Positions 52,849 through 62,783 of a DNA stretch of 64,000 nt are shown here, one piece after another. A model generated the notes under the pieces. That model was given only the letters and a program-made list of their open reading frames with translations, did no database searches and was not told the DNA's origin. The stretch's first letter is position 1, and each line of letters starts with the position of its first letter. This DNA comes from Chitinophagaceae bacterium (GTDB lineage: Bacteria; Bacteroidota; Bacteroidia; Chitinophagales; Chitinophagaceae), in assembly GCA_947458275.1 (NCBI GenBank), contig CANGYR010000012.1, forward strand, positions 1,372 through 65,371, read 5' to 3'. Both the position numbers and the translations under genes were made by a program.

Positions 52849-53604
52849 TTATCTGACTTTGAACCGGTATGATATCCCCAAAGCGATATAATTTCTTGAT
52901 GCATTTTTAGTAATACCTAATCCGCCGGAGATATCAAGCATAAAATCATTGTTTACCAGATAAGTAAACCCGCCATCACAACGGTGGTCGGCAACACCAC
53001 CATTTGGAATAAAGCCGTACAATTCTATGTAATAGCCCAGTTTGTCCGTTAGAGAAAATCCTGTAGTTAAGGTATAAATGTATGTTTCTCTTGCGGTCAT
53101 TCCATCCCATCTTGCTCCCAGATTGTAAGACAATGATGCCTTTTCACTGAGGGTATGTTGCATGACAAAACGAAAGGAAGGCGCGAAATAGTCAGTATGA
53201 AACGCCTTGCTTCCCCAATTGGATGAAGTAAGATGGCCAATGAAAGAGGTTAATGGAATGATGCCTTTTTCTTCACAAATTTTTGCTTTGAATCCAATAG
53301 TAACCGGATTTAATCCGTTTATAATTTCTTTGTCAATTTGTTTTCTGTTTATTTCAGTTATAATTCTTAGCTCCGCATTTTTATTCAAACCATATTTCCA
53401 CAATGTAGTGGGATATAATAAATTCGTGGCAGTGCTGTTGATGTTTTCGTAAGTGAATCCATTCTCCGCCTGTATATATCCTTGCGGAACTATGAAAGGA
53501 CATTCAGTTTGATCTGGTCTGTCTAATTGTATAGGTGCCAATTGTGCATTTGACAGGAAAAATGAACTTAATAATATAAATAATAGAATAAACTGTTTTA
53601 GCAT
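52849..53604 (-). CDS. Outer-membrane beta-barrel protein (MetA/phenol-degradation-like transporter family candidate)
   Basis: Start placed at the ATG giving MLKQFILLFILLSSFFLSNAQ (signal peptide). Alternating beta-strand pattern and a terminal aromatic (YRFKVR). The alternative ATG at 53634 would overlap the upstream stop (ATGA). Confidence 0.55.
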   Translation of the reverse strand: MLKQFILLFILLSSFFLSNAQLAPIQLDRPDQTECPFIVPQGYIQAENGFTYENINSTATNLLYPTTLWKYGLNKNAELRIITEINRKQIDKEIINGLNPVTIGFKAKICEEKGIIPLTSFIGHLTSSNWGSKAFHTDYFAPSFRFVMQHTLSEKASLSYNLGARWDGMTARETYIYTLTTGFSLTDKLGYYIELYGFIPNGGVADHRCDGGFTYLVNNDFMLDISGGLGITKNASRNYIALGISYRFKVR

Positions 53605-53630
53605 AATATACGGCGGGTATTTATAATCAA

Positions 53631-53939
53631 TCATTTCATGCCCGCTTCACTTTTATATTTGGTAAAATAAACTTTCAGATCAGCTTCACTTTTGTATTTC
53701 GTAAAATATACTTTCCAGTCAGCATCACTTTTGTAATTTGTCCAAAACCAAATACCACTATAGGGCTTTGCCTCACTTTTGTATTTGGTTTCATATACAA
53801 TCATATCAGCTTCACTTTTGTATTGTGTAACAAAAATGACTTTATCGGCATCGGATTTATAGGAAGTCTTGAAAACTTTCTGACTATATCCACTACAAAT
53901 AAAGAAAGTGAACATGAACAATACAATGATTTTTTGCAT
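53631..53939 (-). CDS. Small secreted or lipoprotein repeat protein (6 x YKS[DE]A units; resembles what I recall as DUF6150)
   Basis: 102 aa. Signal peptide with Cys15. YKS(D/E)A recurs at residues 27, 40, 53, 69, 82 and 95 (13-aa period). Confidence 0.6.
   Translation of the reverse strand: MQKIIVLFMFTFFICSGYSQKVFKTSYKSDADKVIFVTQYKSEADMIVYETKYKSEAKPYSGIWFWTNYKSDADWKVYFTKYKSEADLKVYFTKYKSEAGMK
53643..53861 (-). repeat. In-frame 39-bp (13-codon) tandem repeats inside the small ORF
   Basis: On the plus strand, GCTTCACTTTTGTATTT-type cores recur about every 39-48 bp. Confidence 0.8.
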
Positions 53940-53982
53940 AAGCTGTTTTTATTTCTAGATTAGAATTTTATTGAAGACAAAA

Positions 53983-55533
53983 TTAATCCTTGTTTATTGA
54001 ACGTATAAAACTTTTTCTTATAACATGCTGAACTGGAACATTGTCGATTTTGCTTTCCAGCCAGGATATAAAATCAAGATAAATGAAAGATCTTTTTTCA
54101 TACCTGCTTTTTTGTTTTTGTCTCAACACAGTAAGCAGCTTTTCCAGTTCAGGTTTTATTTTTTTTACATTCAATGTAAATGATTTGCGAATAAATTTAA
54201 ATATGGCTTCTTCCACGGCTGTAAGATTTTCCATCTTGGCCATATAGCGATATACAGACTTGATCAAATGGTCGAGTATTTGCTCATTCCCCAGTTCGAA
54301 GTGCGCAATCAGATGTAACAATCTTGCATAACACTGCAAATCATTTCTCAGATCTGCCTTTCTGTTGATAATCTTGTTCAGATAATCAATGCTTTTTCCA
54401 TAGTCGCCGCTTCCAAAATAAAGGCAGGCTATTTTATAATAAAATACCAAAATACGGTGAGAGTCAATAAAATGCTGATATTGGATTAATTTTTTTTCAA
54501 TTTCCGGTATTAATGTTATGCCATCAGAAAAACGACCTTTTAAAAAATGCAGATTAAACTGAGCGATGGTACCGCAGATAAAAAACTGCATTTCATTATT
54601 AAAATTATGCCGAACAATCTTTGTCTCGCTAAATGTTTTAAATCCATTCAGCACCGCATTCAGCTTGTCGGCATTGCTCAGATAGAAATGAGCACTCATT
54701 AAGTTATGCAGCCCCTTGATGTATACACCCGACTCTATTTGAATCATCTGTGGTTCTTCTTTGAATAGTCTGACCCATTTTTCAGTGTATCGGTAGTATT
54801 GCAGAAAATCCTGTCGGATAAAAGCGCTCCAGCAATAGCATTGATACAAATAAAGCCGCTCATAAAATCCACTGCATTCTCTGTCTGAAAACACAATTGA
54901 GCGCTTCACAAACTCAATAATTTCTGTTTCATCTTTTTTGCTTCTGCAATGTCCGTTTTTAATGTACCAACCGTACAGTTGCAAAGCCAGATTGGATAAT
55001 AAGGATATTTTTTGGAGTGAAAGGGTTACTTCGTCTGCTTCTTTGCTTAGATTCTCTGCGCGATCCTGCATGCTTCTTGTGATATACAGCGCTTCAATTT
55101 TTTTCTCAAAAAATATTGCCTGTTGCAAATAGGTAAACTGATTGTTGGTGCGTGCAATGGCTTTGATTTTTTCGAGTACTTTTAATGATTGTAAATAAAG
55201 TCCTTTGTTGTAAAGAATTCGCGCGAAGTCTAACTGCTCCCGCAGCTGTATGTCAATATTTTCTTCGTCCGTAATCAGCCTAAGACTGCTAAGTATTTGC
55301 TTATACAAATGTGCTTTTAGATTACTCAGCTGCTGTTTTTTTATTTCCTTATTCTTTCTGAATAATAACTCTTCATCGTACTGCTCCATTTTATCCAGCG
55401 CATCAAACAGCTGAACCACTTTTAGTTCTTCTGATGAAGAATTTCTGGTGGCAAAAAGCTTAAAATTGCGTTTCTCGCTCTTCTCGAGAGATTTAATTAA
55501 TTGAAATAAGGTGTCTGTACTTCGGTTGGGCAT
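53983..55533 (-). CDS. Conserved-looking hypothetical protein, all-helical / TPR-like, cytoplasmic
   Basis: 516-aa uninterrupted ORF with no signal peptide or TM. Helical-repeat composition. N-terminal LFQLIKSLEKSEKRNFKLF motif. Confidence 0.6.
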   Translation of the reverse strand: MPNRSTDTLFQLIKSLEKSEKRNFKLFATRNSSSEELKVVQLFDALDKMEQYDEELLFRKNKEIKKQQLSNLKAHLYKQILSSLRLITDEENIDIQLREQLDFARILYNKGLYLQSLKVLEKIKAIARTNNQFTYLQQAIFFEKKIEALYITRSMQDRAENLSKEADEVTLSLQKISLLSNLALQLYGWYIKNGHCRSKKDETEIIEFVKRSIVFSDRECSGFYERLYLYQCYCWSAFIRQDFLQYYRYTEKWVRLFKEEPQMIQIESGVYIKGLHNLMSAHFYLSNADKLNAVLNGFKTFSETKIVRHNFNNEMQFFICGTIAQFNLHFLKGRFSDGITLIPEIEKKLIQYQHFIDSHRILVFYYKIACLYFGSGDYGKSIDYLNKIINRKADLRNDLQCYARLLHLIAHFELGNEQILDHLIKSVYRYMAKMENLTAVEEAIFKFIRKSFTLNVKKIKPELEKLLTVLRQKQKSRYEKRSFIYLDFISWLESKIDNVPVQHVIRKSFIRSINKD

Positions 55534-55720
55534 CGTAAATAAATAATTCTGAAATACGCTATTTTACTGTGTTTTTTGTCAATTTACGTATTTTATACAG
55601 TGTAAACAAGCAATTATTTTGAAAGGCATTTCCCTTCTTCGTTTTTTAAATTCGTAGACTCGTTAATAGTAGCTAAACATTTTGCCGTATCATTTGACTT
55701 CAATCAACAATTCAACTATT

Positions 55721-56884
55721 ATGTCCGGAAAGAAAATTCAGATTTTTGATACCACACTAAGAGACGGTGAGCAGGTCCCCGGCTGTAAGTTGAATACGAA
55801 GGATAAAGTGCAATTAGCACTCAAGCTCGAATCACTCGGTGTGGATATCATAGAAGCCGGATTTCCTATTTCTTCTCCGGGAGACTTCATTTCAGTAAAA
55901 GAAATTTCAAAAGTCATCAGGCATTCATCAGTTTGCGCATTGAGCAGAGCGGTGTTGAAAGATATTGAAACTGCCGCTGAAGCGCTGCAAGGTGCTGTGA
56001 GGCCTCGCATACATACAGGTATCGGTACCAGCGATCATCATATACTTACGAAGTTCAATTCAAACAGGGAAGATATTCTCGCAAGAGCTGTTCAATGTGT
56101 ACAATGGGCGAAAAATTTTGTTGATGACGTTGAGTTTTATGCAGAAGATGCTGGCCGGACCGACAATGAATATCTCGCACGTGTTATAGAAGCTGTTATC
56201 AATGCCGGAGCGACGGTGGTGAATATACCCGACACTACAGGATATTGTTTGCCCAACCAATACGGCGATAAAATTGCCTATTTGGTAGACAATGTGCCTA
56301 ACATAGACAAAGCCATTATCAGCTGCCATTGCCATAATGATCTCGGATTGGCAACAGCCAATTCCATCGCAGGCGTATTGGCGGGAGCAGGACAGATTGA
56401 ATGTACTATCAACGGTCTGGGTGAAAGAGCCGGTAATACTTCTCTGGAGGAAGTGGTGATGATTTTAAAACAACACAGTAATCTGGGTTACTATACTGAT
56501 ATTGTTACACAAGACTTAAACCCAATCAGCAGACTCGTCAGCGAAACCATGCGCATGCCGGTGCAACCCAACAAGGCCATTGTTGGAAGCAATGCATTTG
56601 CCCATAGCAGCGGAATACACCAGGATGGGTTTTTGAAAAATGCACAGAACTATGAAATCATTAACCCTGAAGAAGTGGGCGCCGAAGCGAGCAAAATAGT
56701 GCTCACGGCACGCAGCGGAAGAAGCGCACTGGCTTATCGCCTCCAAATGCTCGGTTTTACATTCGATAGAGATGAAATTGATGGTTTATATGAAATTTTT
56801 ATTCAAATTGCCGATAGTAAAAAAGAGGTGGATAACGAAGATCTTGAAATGATGGCAAAAAAATTTAAACAACCTGCAGTATAA
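55721..56884 (+). CDS. leuA: 2-isopropylmalate synthase family enzyme, short form lacking the C-terminal LeuA regulatory domain
   Basis: ATG at 55721 ([18 protein letters not shown]). HMGL-like barrel motifs ([19 protein letters not shown]). It ends at 388 aa just after subdomain II, and leuC starts 10 bp later. Confidence 0.82.
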   Translation: MSGKKIQIFDTTLRDGEQVPGCKLNTKDKVQLALKLESLGVDIIEAGFPISSPGDFISVKEISKVIRHSSVCALSRAVLKDIETAAEALQGAVRPRIHTGIGTSDHHILTKFNSNREDILARAVQCVQWAKNFVDDVEFYAEDAGRTDNEYLARVIEAVINAGATVVNIPDTTGYCLPNQYGDKIAYLVDNVPNIDKAIISCHCHNDLGLATANSIAGVLAGAGQIECTINGLGERAGNTSLEEVVMILKQHSNLGYYTDIVTQDLNPISRLVSETMRMPVQPNKAIVGSNAFAHSSGIHQDGFLKNAQNYEIINPEEVGAEASKIVLTARSGRSALAYRLQMLGFTFDRDEIDGLYEIFIQIADSKKEVDNEDLEMMAKKFKQPAV

Positions 56885-56893
56885 ATAATTATT

Positions 56894-58291
56894 TTGGGAA
56901 AAACGTTATTCGATAAGATTTGGGAAAAACATATTGTCAAACAAATTGACAACGGACCTGCCGTATTGTATATCGATAGGCATTTTATTCATGAGGTTAC
57001 CAGTCCGCAAGCGTTTAACGGACTGGATAAAAGAGGAGTAAAAGTTTTCAGGCCACAGCAAACCATCGCAACGGCTGACCACAATGTTCCTACGCTCAAT
57101 CAGCAACTCCCCATAAAAGATTTACTTAGCCGTCAGCAGGTTGATGCACTGATTCAAAATTGCAGCAATCATGGTATTGAATTATACGGATTAGGTCATC
57201 CCAATCAAGGCATCGTGCATGTGATAGGTCCGGAGTTGGGTATCACTCAGCCGGGCATGACGATTGTTTGTGGCGACAGCCATACCAGTACCCACGGTGC
57301 TTTTGGCAATATTGCTTTTGGAATCGGCACCAGTGAAGTGGAAATGGTTTTGGCTACGCAATGTTTGTTGCAATCCAAGCCCAAATTGATGCGCATCACG
57401 ATTGATGGTACGCTGCAGAAAGGAGTGGTATCAAAAGACATCGTTCTTTATATTTTATCTAAAATTTCTTCGAGCGGTGCAACCGGCCATGCCATTGAAT
57501 TTGCCGGCTCTGCAATTCGCAATCTCAGCATGGAAGCGCGCATGACCATCTGCAACATGAGTATTGAAATGGGTGGCCGTTGTGGATTGATTGCGCCTGA
57601 TGAGGTGACTTTTGAATACATGAAAGACAAACCATTTGCGCCAAAACATACCTATTGGGAAAAAGCATTGGCTGAATGGAAAAAATTATTTTCAGATGAA
57701 GATGCTGTTTTTGATAAAGAAATACATATCAATGCCGCAGAGATACCGCCAATGATCACCTATGGCACCAACCCCGGTATGGGCATCGGAATAAATGAAA
57801 ATATTCCCACGGTAGAATCAGTAAGCGAAACTGACAAAAAAGGGCTGACTGCATCTTTGGAATATATGGGACTTAATGCCGGCCTGCCAATCAAAGGAAA
57901 AAAAATAGATTATGTATTTATAGGAAGTTGCACTAACTCCCGCATTGAAGACTTGCGGTTGGTAGCTGATTTTGTAAAAGGAAAACAAAAAGCTCAAAAC
58001 GTTGAAGTCTGGATTGTCCCCGGCAGTAAGCAGGTTGAAAAGCAAGCTATACATGAAGGGTTGGATAAAATTTTTGAAGCATCGGGTTTTCATTTGCGTC
58101 AACCCGGATGCAGTGCTTGTCTCGGTATGAATGAAGATAAAATTCCTGCAGGAAAATATTGCATATCCACCAGTAACAGAAATTTTGAAGGTAGACAAGG
58201 CGCAGGTGCGAGAACTTTATTGGCCAGTCCGCTTACCGCAGCAGCTGCAGCTATCAGCGGTGAAGTAATGGATGTCAGAGATTTATTGTAA
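56894..58291 (+). CDS. leuC: 3-isopropylmalate dehydratase large subunit
   Basis: TTG start. [22 protein letters not shown], and CTNSRIEDL..., NRNFEGRQG aconitase-family motifs. Confidence 0.95.
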   Translation: MGKTLFDKIWEKHIVKQIDNGPAVLYIDRHFIHEVTSPQAFNGLDKRGVKVFRPQQTIATADHNVPTLNQQLPIKDLLSRQQVDALIQNCSNHGIELYGLGHPNQGIVHVIGPELGITQPGMTIVCGDSHTSTHGAFGNIAFGIGTSEVEMVLATQCLLQSKPKLMRITIDGTLQKGVVSKDIVLYILSKISSSGATGHAIEFAGSAIRNLSMEARMTICNMSIEMGGRCGLIAPDEVTFEYMKDKPFAPKHTYWEKALAEWKKLFSDEDAVFDKEIHINAAEIPPMITYGTNPGMGIGINENIPTVESVSETDKKGLTASLEYMGLNAGLPIKGKKIDYVFIGSCTNSRIEDLRLVADFVKGKQKAQNVEVWIVPGSKQVEKQAIHEGLDKIFEASGFHLRQPGCSACLGMNEDKIPAGKYCISTSNRNFEGRQGAGARTLLASPLTAAAAAISGEVMDVRDLL

Positions 58292-58306
58292 TTAAAAAAG
58301 AATCAA

Positions 58307-58897
58307 TTGAGCAAAGAAAAAATAAATATTATTCATTCCCGTTTTGTTCCGTTGAATATGGAAAATGTGGATACGGATCAAATCATTCCGGCGAGATTTT
58401 TAAAAGCCACTACCCGCGAAGGTTTTGGAAATAATTTATTTCGCGACTGGAGGTATGAGAATGACGATGTATCAAAACCCAAAGCCGGATTCGTATTGAA
58501 TGAAAGTAAATTCAGCGGGGAAATTCTGGTTGCCGCTAAAAATTTTGGTTGCGGATCGTCGAGAGAGCACGCCGCATGGGCACTTCACGATTATGGTTTC
58601 AAAGCGGTGGTAAGCAGTTTCTTTGCGGATATTTTCAAAAACAACGCACTCAATAATGGGGTGCTACCTGTTACAGTGTCAGAAAATTTCCTACAGTCAA
58701 TCTTTGCACTGAACGAAAATGAATCATTACTGATTGATCTGGAAAAACAGCAAATAAGTATTCCGTCATCAGGGCTTTCTGAAAGTTTTGATATCAACGC
58801 ATATAAAAAGAATTGTTTGTTGAATGGGTATGATGATATAGATTATTTGATAAGTATAAAAGAGGATATAATTCAGCATGAAAATTCGCTGAAATAG
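58307..58897 (+). CDS. leuD: 3-isopropylmalate dehydratase small subunit
   Basis: TTG start. [13 protein letters not shown] and [15 protein letters not shown]. Confidence 0.93.
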   Translation: MSKEKINIIHSRFVPLNMENVDTDQIIPARFLKATTREGFGNNLFRDWRYENDDVSKPKAGFVLNESKFSGEILVAAKNFGCGSSREHAAWALHDYGFKAVVSSFFADIFKNNALNNGVLPVTVSENFLQSIFALNENESLLIDLEKQQISIPSSGLSESFDINAYKKNCLLNGYDDIDYLISIKEDIIQHENSLK

Positions 58898-58916
58898 TTT
58901 TTAAGTAATTATTAAT

Positions 58917-60029
58917 ATGGTAAAGAAAATAGCATTATTGGAGGGAGATGGCATTGGTCCTGAAGTAACTGCTCAGGCAGTCAAAATATTGCATGCACTG
59001 GCGGAAAAATTCGGTCACCAATTTCATTTTGAAAAAGCACTGATTGGCGCTGCCGCCATTGACGCAACGAGTTCTGCTTTGCCACAGGAAACAGTTGATG
59101 TATGTAAAAATGCTGATGCCGTTTTCTTCGGCGCCGTCGGTGATCCTAAATACGATAACGATCCTAATGCCAAAGTCCGCCCGGAGCAAGGTATTTTGGG
59201 TATTCGTAAATCATTACAACTCTTTGCAAATATCCGTCCGGTGACTACTTACGAAACACTGCATCATTTATCTCCTTTGAAATCAAAACAACTCGAAGGA
59301 GTAGATATTGTTATTCTCAGAGAACTCACCGGAGGAATTTATTTTGGAAAAAAACAAACCAGCGCGGATGGTCAGTCTGCTTCTGATGAATGCAGTTATA
59401 ACAGAATGGAAATAGAAAGAATTGCAAAGCTGGCTTTTGCTTATGCACAACAAAGAAAAAAGAAACTTACGCTGGTAGATAAGGCCAATGTGTTGGATAC
59501 ATCCAGATTGTGGCGCAAGGTAGTACAGGAAATGGCAGCGATTTACAGCGATGTGGCCGTTGATTATATGTTTGTGGACAATGCAGCCATGCAGTTGATT
59601 ATCAATCCTGCTCAGTTCGATGTTATTCTGACTGAAAACATGTTTGGCGATATCATCAGCGATGAAGCCAGTGTATTATCCGGATCGCTGGGCATGTTAC
59701 CTTCCGCTTCCATTGGTGATTCAGCTGCTTTATTTGAGCCTATTCATGGTTCTTATCCTCAGGCAGCAGGGAAAAATATAGCCAATCCTACCGGCTCAAT
59801 ATTATCCGCAGCGATGATGCTGGATTATTTTGAATTGTTTAAGGAAGCAACTTTAATCAGAGAAGCAGTAGAGTGGGCATTAAAAAATAATTATGTCACA
59901 AAAGACATTGACTCAACAAATTATTATTCAACAACTCAGATAGGAGATATAATCTGCGATTTTATCTCCGGAAAAATTACGAACGCTCGCGACAACAGAG
60001 AAGCATTACAAAACCCTGCTGTTATTTGA
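58917..60029 (+). CDS. leuB: 3-isopropylmalate dehydrogenase
   Basis: KIALLEGDGIGPEV, RELTGGIYFG, NMFGDIISDEASVLSGSLGMLPSAS. Confidence 0.95.
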   Translation: MVKKIALLEGDGIGPEVTAQAVKILHALAEKFGHQFHFEKALIGAAAIDATSSALPQETVDVCKNADAVFFGAVGDPKYDNDPNAKVRPEQGILGIRKSLQLFANIRPVTTYETLHHLSPLKSKQLEGVDIVILRELTGGIYFGKKQTSADGQSASDECSYNRMEIERIAKLAFAYAQQRKKKLTLVDKANVLDTSRLWRKVVQEMAAIYSDVAVDYMFVDNAAMQLIINPAQFDVILTENMFGDIISDEASVLSGSLGMLPSASIGDSAALFEPIHGSYPQAAGKNIANPTGSILSAAMMLDYFELFKEATLIREAVEWALKNNYVTKDIDSTNYYSTTQIGDIICDFISGKITNARDNREALQNPAVI

Positions 60030-60168
60030 TTGCAGATTTTCTGTAATCACTTAATCAGTACACTTACATTGCTTGCTACAGTTAAACCGAAGAAAATCTT
60101 CTTCTTTAACGATTGAGATGCTTTACAGCACCAATTGTGTAAAACCGTAATGATTTTAAAGCAAGTCA

Positions 60169-61050
60169 ATGTATTATAACGAAAACACCATTATTTATTT
60201 CAACGGAGCGTTTGTAAAAGCATCGCTGGCATCAACTGATTTATATGGACAAAGTCTCCACTATGGCTACGCCGTTTTTGAAGGCATTCGTTCTTATTCA
60301 GTTGAAGGCAAGCCAAAAATATTTAAGGCAAAAGAACATTACGACAGATTGAGGCACTCTGCCGAAGTAATGAAAATGCCATTCAATTATTCTACGGAGC
60401 AACTTACTGAACTAACCTATGAAGTACTGAAACAGAACAATTTTATAGATGCTTACATCAGACCAATTGTAATCTGTACTCCCAACATGTCGCTCTCAAA
60501 AGGAAAAGAATGCCATCTGGCAATAACCGCATGGGAGTGGACGAATGGGTATCTCGCCAATAAAATGAGATTAATGACCTCCACTTACAGAAGACCTAAT
60601 CCCAGTGGATTTCATATTGAAGCAAAAGTGAGCGGTCATTATGTCAATTCCATTATGGCCTGCCAGGAAGCAAAGGATAGCGGTTACGATGAAGCGCTTT
60701 TACTCGATGCTAATGGTTTTGTTGCCGAAGGTCCCGGTGCGAATGTTTTTTATGAGAAAGACAACATATTGTATACACCGGCCAGAGGAAATATCCTGCC
60801 CGGTATTACCCGTGCAACTGTTTTTGAAATCTGCAACGAATTAAACATAAAGATTGTTGAAAAACAATTCACTCCGGAAGAGATGCGTGAAGCAGATGCT
60901 GCTTTTTATTGCGGCACCGCTGCCGAAATAGTAGAGCTCGACTCTCTCGACGGCATCGCTTTTAAAAAGCCCTGGGAAGAAACCCTGAGTAGTAAAATTC
61001 AACGTGCATACAAGTGCAAGGTGCTGGAACAGGAATTTATTTATTCTTAA
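60169..61050 (+). CDS. ilvE: Branched-chain-amino-acid aminotransferase (fold type IV)
   Basis: 293 aa. HYGYAVFEGIR.Y, AYIRP, GPGANVFY, LPGITR. Confidence 0.9.
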   Translation: MYYNENTIIYFNGAFVKASLASTDLYGQSLHYGYAVFEGIRSYSVEGKPKIFKAKEHYDRLRHSAEVMKMPFNYSTEQLTELTYEVLKQNNFIDAYIRPIVICTPNMSLSKGKECHLAITAWEWTNGYLANKMRLMTSTYRRPNPSGFHIEAKVSGHYVNSIMACQEAKDSGYDEALLLDANGFVAEGPGANVFYEKDNILYTPARGNILPGITRATVFEICNELNIKIVEKQFTPEEMREADAAFYCGTAAEIVELDSLDGIAFKKPWEETLSSKIQRAYKCKVLEQEFIYS

Positions 61051-61062
61051 AATTTAAAAACC

Positions 61063-62751
61063 ATGTCGGCAATAAATAAATATTCGCGGGTATTGACACA
61101 GGATGAAACACAACCTGCTGCACAGGCAATGCTCTATGGTATTGGTCTTACAGAGGCCGATTTAAACAAAGCGCAGGTAGGTATTGTCAGCATGGGATAT
61201 GACGGCAATACATGCAACATGCATTTGAATGACCTGGCATCCATTGTGAAGAAAAGTGTCTGGGAGAATGACATGGTAGGTCTGATTTTTAATACCATCG
61301 GTGTGAGTGATGGCATCAGCAATGGAACAGACGGGATGCGATATTCACTCATCAGCAGAGATTTGATTGCCGACAGCATCGAAGCTGTTTGCGGTGCGCA
61401 TTATTACGATGGTATTATTGCTGTGCCGGGCTGTGATAAAAATATGCCTGGTTCGGTTATCGCAATGGGACGTTTGAACCGCCCTTCCATCATGGTTTAT
61501 GGAGGAACCATTGCTCCCGGTCATTACAAAGGAGAAGAATTAAATATCGTCTCGGCTTTTGAAGCACTCGGAAGAAAAATTGCAGGCACCATCAACGAAG
61601 CGGATTTTAAAGGTATCGTGATGAATGCCTGTCCCGGTCCCGGTGCCTGCGGTGGAATGTACACAGCGAATACAATGGCAAGCGCCATCGAAGCATTGGG
61701 CATGAGTCTTCCTTACTCTTCCTCCAATCCTGCATTGAGCGAAGACAAAAAAGAGGAATGTGTCCGCGCAGGAAAAGCAATTCGGGTATTGCTTGAAAAG
61801 AATATTTGCCCTTCAGATATCATGACACGCGAAGCATTTGAGAATGCAGTAACCGTTATCATGACCTTGGGAGGTTCTACCAATGCGGTGCTTCATCTTA
61901 TCGCAATGGCCTGGAGCGTAGGAGTAACATTTACACAGGATGACATCCAGCGCATCAGTGATAAAGTGCCTGTGCTTGCAGATCTCAAGCCCAGCGGAAA
62001 GTATCTGATGGAAGATGTGCACAAGATGGGGGGTGTTCCGATGTTGATGAAGTATTTGTTGGAGAAAGGATTTCTTCATGGTGGCTGCATGACTGTCACC
62101 GGCAAAACAATCGCAGAAAATCTGGAAGAAGTAAAACCTATCAGTTTTGAGAATCAAAAGATTATTTATCCGGTAGAACAACCCATCAAACAAACCGGTC
62201 ACTTACAAATACTTTATGGAAATCTTGCGGAGAAAGGAAGTGTAGCCAAGATATCCGGTAAAGAAGGAGAACATTTTGCCGGACCTGCACGTGTTTTCGA
62301 TGGAGAGCAAGATCTCATAAAAGGAATACAATCGGGTAGGGTTCAACCTGGGGATGTGGTGGTGATAAGGTATGTAGGTCCGCGTGGCGGCCCTGGTATG
62401 CCGGAGATGTTGAAGCCTACATCAGCTATCATCGGTGCCGGACTGGGTAAATCTGTAGCATTGATTACAGATGGACGTTTCAGCGGAGGAACGCATGGGT
62501 TTGTGGTAGGACATATCACTCCGGAAGCGTATGATGGTGGATTGATTGCATTGGTGCACGATGGAGATCAGATTGAACTGGATGCTGTAAAAAGAACGAT
62601 GACTTTAAAAGTAGATGAAGCAGAAATAGCAAAGAGAAGAAAAGAATGGAAAAAGCCTCCTTTAAATGCAAAAAAAGGGTTGCTGTTCAAGTTTGCACAG
62701 CGAACCACCACAGCAGCTGAAGGATGTGTGACGGATGCAATCAGAGAATAA
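61063..62751 (+). CDS. ilvD: Dihydroxy-acid dehydratase
   Basis: 562 aa. [27 protein letters not shown]. Confidence 0.95.
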   Translation: MSAINKYSRVLTQDETQPAAQAMLYGIGLTEADLNKAQVGIVSMGYDGNTCNMHLNDLASIVKKSVWENDMVGLIFNTIGVSDGISNGTDGMRYSLISRDLIADSIEAVCGAHYYDGIIAVPGCDKNMPGSVIAMGRLNRPSIMVYGGTIAPGHYKGEELNIVSAFEALGRKIAGTINEADFKGIVMNACPGPGACGGMYTANTMASAIEALGMSLPYSSSNPALSEDKKEECVRAGKAIRVLLEKNICPSDIMTREAFENAVTVIMTLGGSTNAVLHLIAMAWSVGVTFTQDDIQRISDKVPVLADLKPSGKYLMEDVHKMGGVPMLMKYLLEKGFLHGGCMTVTGKTIAENLEEVKPISFENQKIIYPVEQPIKQTGHLQILYGNLAEKGSVAKISGKEGEHFAGPARVFDGEQDLIKGIQSGRVQPGDVVVIRYVGPRGGPGMPEMLKPTSAIIGAGLGKSVALITDGRFSGGTHGFVVGHITPEAYDGGLIALVHDGDQIELDAVKRTMTLKVDEAEIAKRRKEWKKPPLNAKKGLLFKFAQRTTTAAEGCVTDAIRE

Positions 62752-62783
62752 AACATTAATCGTTAACGAATACAATTACGTCC

